Of a stretch of 64,000 bases of DNA, positions 57,876 to 64,000 are shown in pieces. The translations under genes were made by a program, and so were the position numbers. The stretch lies in contig NW_002060950.1 in assembly GCF_000150275.1 (NCBI RefSeq), positions 1,476,106 through 1,540,105 of the forward strand, given 5' to 3'. Under the pieces are notes generated by a model, which saw only the letters and a list, made by a program, of their open reading frames with translations, made no database searches and was not told where the DNA came from. The DNA comes from Trichoplax adhaerens (Eukaryota; Animalia; Placozoa). How positions within the stretch are numbered: position 1 is the stretch's first letter; every line of letters starts with the position of its first letter.

Positions 57876-59068
57876 ATATCACCTGTTGTTGTTTGATACT
57901 GTACCCTCAATTAGAAGCTTAATTCACTAGGCCATGCAGCTTTGCAGACGAACAGAATCTGCCTTGCAATCTTTATGCAATCATGTTGTTGTGGTCGTAG
58001 TAAAGCTTGCCAACTTTGCTCGATCTTACCTTTTTGAGTTGAATAATCGCAGACCCTTACTGATTTAGCATTGCATAAGGCTTTAATATAGTTCATTTAC
58101 ATGCGATTATGCGAGCTAGTCGTTTGTAGCTAATTTTATCTATGTTCATCTATCATTTCGAATTTTACCAGTAGGCCATTACGGCCGAGTGCAGTGTCCA
58201 ATCCTTCCTCTTACTACAGCAGTAAGGAATAAAACTGGAAGCTGAAATTGGAGACTGGATACAAATGAAAATAATCATTTTAAAATAATTGATCGAGAGA
58301 ATAGGAGTAATGATAGCCAGCTTTTCTATGATCAGATACATTTTCATACTAGCTTGGACTATCTGTCTCGTATGAGGTCGTCCAGAGGTACTGCTGATCT
58401 TAAGTTGTTGCTCTAAGTAACTCTGCTTCGTTACTTTAATGTATCGCCTACAACCACTACTAGTTAATCGTTAGCAGAGTTACCCTGCTTATTGCTTTAA
58501 AAGCTACTTGTCTTCAGTCGTTAGCTCCAAGTTACTCTGAACTACAGCTCGACTAGACACTGCAGTACTCTATCACTTGATTACTATCTCCTCTGGATTA
58601 GTCAACGAAAATTTCCCTATCTGCTCAGTAATGCCGCTACTAACACACCAGATCAAAATCGGCCATTTTTCTGACTACTATAATACGTATAAGCTAATTG
58701 AGGCTAGCTAGAATTACTACAGCACAGCATGTTCTTGTTACTTATCTTTTTTGTTGTGATCTACTCATACTGTATATACGGACATATAATTTCTTTAGCT
58801 GTTTGCTATTAGTCTTTAGGTATTCGCTCCAAGCTAACCTGCTTCCTGCTCGACCAGCGACTGCAGTATAGCCGTATTTTGCAATTTCCTTCTTATTCAA
58901 TCCGAAATCCAAAGATAATTTAGCTTACCCAATCCAACTCCAATCCGAAATTTAAAAACACAATTTTGTTAAAATCCGACTTCACTGTCAACCCAAAAAA
59001 ATCTCAAAAATCCCATGGAATTAAATAACCTCACAGTGTTACCCTCCTCCATTACTACCGTATCTACT

Positions 59069-61110
59069 AAAGCCGCTACTAATCTTCAGCAGCTGTTAGT
59101 TCCAAGTTACCCTACATGTAGCTTTAGAAGCGACACGCTTCCAGGTGTTGGGCTCTCCGATTTCCGCTCGCCCAGAGACTACTACAGTAATGGAATAACC
59201 AGCTCCTACAGCCGCTACTAATCTTCACCTATTCACTGCAAGTTCTCTTCCATGTTGCTTTAGAAGTGACACATTTCAGGTGTTGGCTCTCCGATTTCCG
59301 CTTGCTTAGGACTACTACAGTAATTGAATAACCAGCTCCTACAGCCGGTAGTAATCTTCTCCTGTTAGCTCCAAGTTATCTTACATGTTGCTTTAGAAGC
59401 TAGTTGTTTTCGGGTATTGTCTCTTCGATTTCCGCTCGCCCAGGGACTACTACAGTAATTAAATAACCAGTTCCTACAGTCGCTATTAATCTTCACCTAT
59501 TAGCTCCAAGCTATCCTACTATCACAAAACAGCTTTCGTGATCGTACCTAAACTAAACTATCTACTTTAAGGTTCCCCAACTAACTCCAGAGATCCTCAG
59601 TAAAGGAAAACTGACTTAATCCTATACTACAGAAATCGAGTCCAACGATAGGTTCAGGTTAATAAATATATATATTTATTACTAACTAATACAACTTAAT
59701 ACCAGCGTATTCTAGCGTAGCCTCAGTGGAACTGAGATTAAAATTAAAATTATTAATCGTCAAGCTTATATATACTATCCTATGTCACACAAATACCTCA
59801 GTGCTAATCTATCACATTAAACGTTAAATTATGTAATAAGCCTTACAGGCTTACTACAGAGTAGACCAAGTGTTAAAAATAATATATATCTCGCTAGTTA
59901 ATATTAATTAGCCAATTTAATTAGTTATCACACCACAGTGGTACAATATCGCATTTTGAGTTATATTGCCGACTTCGGCATAATTAATTAATAACAGTCA
60001 ATATCTTGCAAAGTCATAAATAATAATAATAATCAATTAACAATTGAGGATTGCTGTCTACAACATAACAATCTTGAATAATATTTTTAATAACACGACA
60101 GTATTTGCAAGGTTAATTTTAATCTTTACAGTCGTTCCTATTCCAACTTTACCACTAGCCACTTATCAAGTTATCAAGGAGCATCAAGCTCCGTCACACC
60201 TACATATTGCTTTAGAAGCGACTCGCTTCCAGGTGTTGGCTATCCGATTTCCGCTTGCCCAGGGACTACTACAATCATGGAATAACTAGTTCCAATAGCC
60301 GCTACTAATATAATCTTCACCTGTTCGCTCCAAGTTATCTTTCCATATTGCTTTAGAAGCGACACGCTTCCAGGTATTGGCTCTCCGATTTCTGCTCGCC
60401 CAGGGACTACTACAGTCACGGAATAACCAGCTCCTACAGCTGCTACTAATCTCCTCCTGTTCGCTCCAAGTTATCTTCCATTTTGCTTTAGAAGCGACAC
60501 GCTTCCAGGTGTTGGCTCTCCGATTTCCGCTCGCCCAGGGACTACTACAGTCATAGAATAACCAGCTCCTACAGCCGCTACTAATCTTCACCTATTCGCT
60601 CCAAGTTATCTTCCATATTGCTTTAGAAGCGATACGCTTCCAAGTGCTCTCCGATTTCTGCTCGCCCAGGGAATACTACAGTCATGGAATAACTAATTTC
60701 TACAGCCGCTACTAATCTTCACCTGTTCGCTCTATGTTAACTTATATGTTGCTTTAAAAATTTATTTAGAAGCGACACATTTTCAGGTGTTGGCTCTCCG
60801 ATTTCTGCTCGCCCAGGGACTACTACAGTCATGGAATAACCAGCTCCTACAGCCGCTACTAATCTTCACCTGTTTGCTCCAAGTTATCTTCCATATTGCT
60901 TTAGAAGCGATACGCTTCCAAGTGTTGGCTCTCCGATTTCCTCTCGCCCAGGGACTACTGCAGTCATAGAATAACCAGCTCCTACAGCCGCTACTAATCT
61001 TCACCTGTTCGCTCCAAGTTAACTTATATGTTGCTTTAAAAATTTCTTTAGAAGCGATACATTTTCAGGTGTTGGCTCTCCGATTTCCACCTGCTCAGGG
61101 ACTACTAATA
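59069..61110. repeat. 135-bp satellite array (~10 copies), split by a 679-bp insertion
   Basis: Monomer ccagctcctacagccgctactaatcttcacctgttcgctccaagttatcttccatattgctttagaagcgacacgcttccaggtgttggctctccgatttccgctcgcccagggactactacagtcatggaataa. Period measured from 60427 to 60562 is 135 bp. Confidence 0.93.
59520..60198 (-). mobile_element. Solo-LTR-like insertion (679 bp) inside the satellite
   Basis: 5-bp TSD CCTAC (59515-59519 and 60199-60203). Removing the insert restores a monomer (ccaagctat-cctac-atattgctttag). On the minus strand it starts TGTGAC, has TATATAA (~59770) then AATAAA (~59680), and ends GTGATA (one mismatch from CA). Confidence 0.75.
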
Positions 61111-61514
61111 ATAAAAAAATAGAATAAAATACGAGTAAATAATTCTATAAATAAATAAATAAATAAATAACCAGCTTACTACTATGAGCTCATGTATGAG
61201 TACAGCACCAAACTGTAAAAGCTGGAGTCAGTACAGACAGCTTGACAGACTTGGTGAACATCCATGCTAACCATTTCTCTGATCTCCCATCAGGTCATTA
61301 TTAAGTCATTAGCGCCAGCTAGCAAATCTTAAACGCTTTTGCATCCCATAAAACAGTGCTGGGAACTTCCATACTATTATACAGGGTAGATAGGAGTAGA
61401 CGACTGCCATTCATTAGCAAGTTCGCTGATCGTTTTGATTGCAACCGATCAACAAGAACTACCGATTGCTGGGAATATCCATGCTAAAGGTATCGACCAG
61501 TTTGCAGCCCGCTG

Positions 61515-63909
61515 ATGGACATTATGGAGAAAGATTCAAGCGCTAAATCACTACAGCAGTTAATGGATGAGTTTATTCTTGGAAATAGTTCCGCAATCAA
61601 CGAAATTATAAAAGGTAATTGAAGACTACAGCATACAGTACGGTATAGTTAGCAAGGATGTTGCTACAACTTGTGCAAAGTCTTCTTTTATCTACCGCTC
61701 ACATTGTGTAGTCAATTGCAATTACTAAGGAGTACTGTACGATACAGTATACTATTATCAGTATCATGACCAACTTGGGCTCATTGACTATCCAATCCAA
61801 CATGGCGCAGCAAAAACTGTGTAGTCCATTTCATAAAGAAATGCAATTTTTTTGAAAAAGGAAGCTCTTATTATAAGTCTTGCTATGTAGACTATGTATC
61901 TTTAATTCAGTATACTATTAACTTGTTGTCGTTGACAGTCGTAATAACGCTAAACTGAGGCCTATAGTAAATCCCTTTCAACGACAAATGCTCTTACATT
62001 ACGAGCAATCAAGCTACTACATTCTCATCGTTATTGCTATCTAGTATAGACGCAATGTATCGTCGATTTCATCCATTGAACGATGCGGAAATGCAACAGG
62101 CTAGGGATACAAGTATCCTGAATTACTAACTTGTCAATACAGTCTCATTGCTGCTTCAACCAATATTACAATTCAATAGTACTTTCCTTGCGAAAGTGAA
62201 GAGAATAAACACAAATGCATCTTCATACGCTTTTATCCTGTCATGCAAGCTATGTTGACAAGGATAGAATATACTTGGTTTACAGCTGATAATTACTATT
62301 AAACCACTGGCTCTTTTCTTCATTGATGTTAGGTATCTACGATGGCCACATCAAGTTAAGCACCATAGTAGAATTGTTAGGGTAAATATATATAATTCAT
62401 ACTATGATTTCACTCCTTTGGTATTGGATATCATGACATTAGTTATTAGAAGGAATAAAGCTATACGTTATGTCACAGGCGAAGTAAGATAATCATGTTT
62501 CTTACAGTTTTCTATTATTGTACCTTCATTTTAGACCTTATTTAACAAGTGTAGAACATGAAAAGCGATTACAAGGTATGAAGTTACTCTCGGAAGTCCT
62601 GCAAATGTTGTCCATGTATAAAATGCAAGCTACAGAAGGTATGTAACTTTTAGGATATCCGCAGCTAGTCTTCATTAATGAGATAGATGAGGTTAATATC
62701 AAATCATTTTCAATATATTAAACATATATACATGACTGCCAATAGTAATGGGAGTAAATCAAGATTAATAAGCAACAACATTTATGATGTATTACGTCTT
62801 TGTTCATTCGAACTTTGTCTAATCTATAATGCTAATCTATTCTGATAGAGATACAATATTGATCGACATTATTATTGATAGATTGATGAAACCAATAATA
62901 TCTATTTGCCAATCATGTATTCTGTATTTATAAGATAATCTTGTGATGTGGCAAAATAGCATCTGCGTTGATGACTTCAACGTTTCCATAGTCAACTAAT
63001 TTCTTCTTTCTTCTGCGAATGATATAGTCCAGCTGTTAGTCGCATTCTATTCTGATCGATTACAAGATCATTTCTCTATATTGCCTGAAACATTACGTGG
63101 TATACTTGCATTGGTAAGGATGTGCGAATATTTAGATTTATTTTCAGATAATACTTGCTGCACTTAAATAATAGTATTAGTACACAGCATCAGTAGAGAC
63201 TTGTCCGTAAGTTCCTTCATGATAATGATTGACTCCTTATCGAATACAGATATTATACTATACTATGTAGTAAGCATATTATTGATTAACTTGACAGGTA
63301 CAGCATCAAATAATTTCGGAAGAAGATGCTGTTACTATAGTGAAGGGAATATTTAAAGAGGTTCAAAATCAGGTACGCATATCTTCACATACATACTATG
63401 GATTATTCTCTGCATTCCTGCCTTGCATTCACTGTATAAAGAAATTAACTCTTCGAGTTGTAATATCATTTCTTGCTATAATTAATGTTAGGCATTATTA
63501 CAAGCTGACAGAAATAAGGTCTACGCAATTCTAGCTGGATTATTAGATAAACACTATGAAGGTTAATGGTGATAAATTACTTAACTACCTATCTTTGGCG
63601 TAATTTATAGCTACACTACAACTATATTAACGTCTTCACAGGTATCAAAATTATGGATGCAGACTTTGTATTTGGTTATATCCAAGTAATGGACGGTGAA
63701 AAGGTATTAATGTATCATAGAGACTATATGCGATCGCTCTTACAAGACTCTAATTGTATCCTCTCGTCCTTTATGACTAACCATAAGCAATCGTATTAAC
63801 TTACTTTCAAATAATGAATTTCAATTCTGTTTCCGCTCACTTTAGGACCCTAGAAATTTACTGCTTGCTTTAAAAATTGCAAAATTTATAGTCCAAAATT
63901 TCAATATTG
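61515..63909 (+). CDS. MMS19: MMS19 cytosolic Fe-S assembly targeting factor, 5' exons (continues beyond the window)
   Basis: Spliced by eye: ...LMDEFILG...|IYDGHIKLSTIVELLG|PYLTS...LLSEVL|QLLVAFYSDRLQDH...|...IVKGIFKEVQNQ|ALLQADRNKVY...|...ADFVFGYIQVMDGEK|DPRNLLLAL. DGEKDPRNL is the MMS19 N-terminal signature. The start codon is uncertain (61515 or 61524). Confidence 0.9.
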
Positions 63910-64000
63910 GTAAGTGCATGCTGTTACCTCGTTTTTTATTTTAATTTTGCATTATAAAAGCTATATTCCCTTTAAAATAAGCCATCTTTTTCGATTTGTA

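Noticed and set aside
56732-58347. Short minus-strand ORFs as a gene or transposase
   Set aside because: No recognisable motifs. One lies inside a tandem repeat whose other copies have stops and frameshifts.
59069-61110. 5S rRNA, tRNA or snRNA gene array
   Set aside because: The monomer shows no recognisable 5S, tRNA or U-snRNA sequence, and no oligo-T Pol III terminator per unit.

Overview
AT-rich eukaryotic DNA with short GT-AG introns. The gene content and style fit an early-branching animal, most likely a placozoan (Trichoplax-like); this is an inference. (1) 1.9-34 kb: five class A GPCRs with intronless CDS and an opsin-like scaffold. All lack the retinal-binding Lys296 (Asn instead), have F/C-RY in place of D/ERY, lack W6.48, and share an intramembrane Arg at 2.57 (placopsin-like). 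The last two come from a recent ~4.66 kb tandem duplication. The second copy carries a non-autonomous Helitron, a solo LTR with a 5-bp TSD, and a probable uncollapsed-haplotype duplication across a 180-N gap. (2) 35.3-39.5 kb: multi-exon DDX56/DBP9 with two GC-AG introns. (3) 40.0-54.8 kb, minus strand: complete huntingtin with N17 but no polyQ/polyP, and two giant exons. (4) 54.8-61.5 kb: a divergent intergenic block of tandem repeats, a 24-bp palindrome, and a 135-bp satellite interrupted by a second LTR-like insertion. (5) 61.5 kb to the end: 5' part of MMS19. No CRISPR, rRNA or tRNA genes were recognised.
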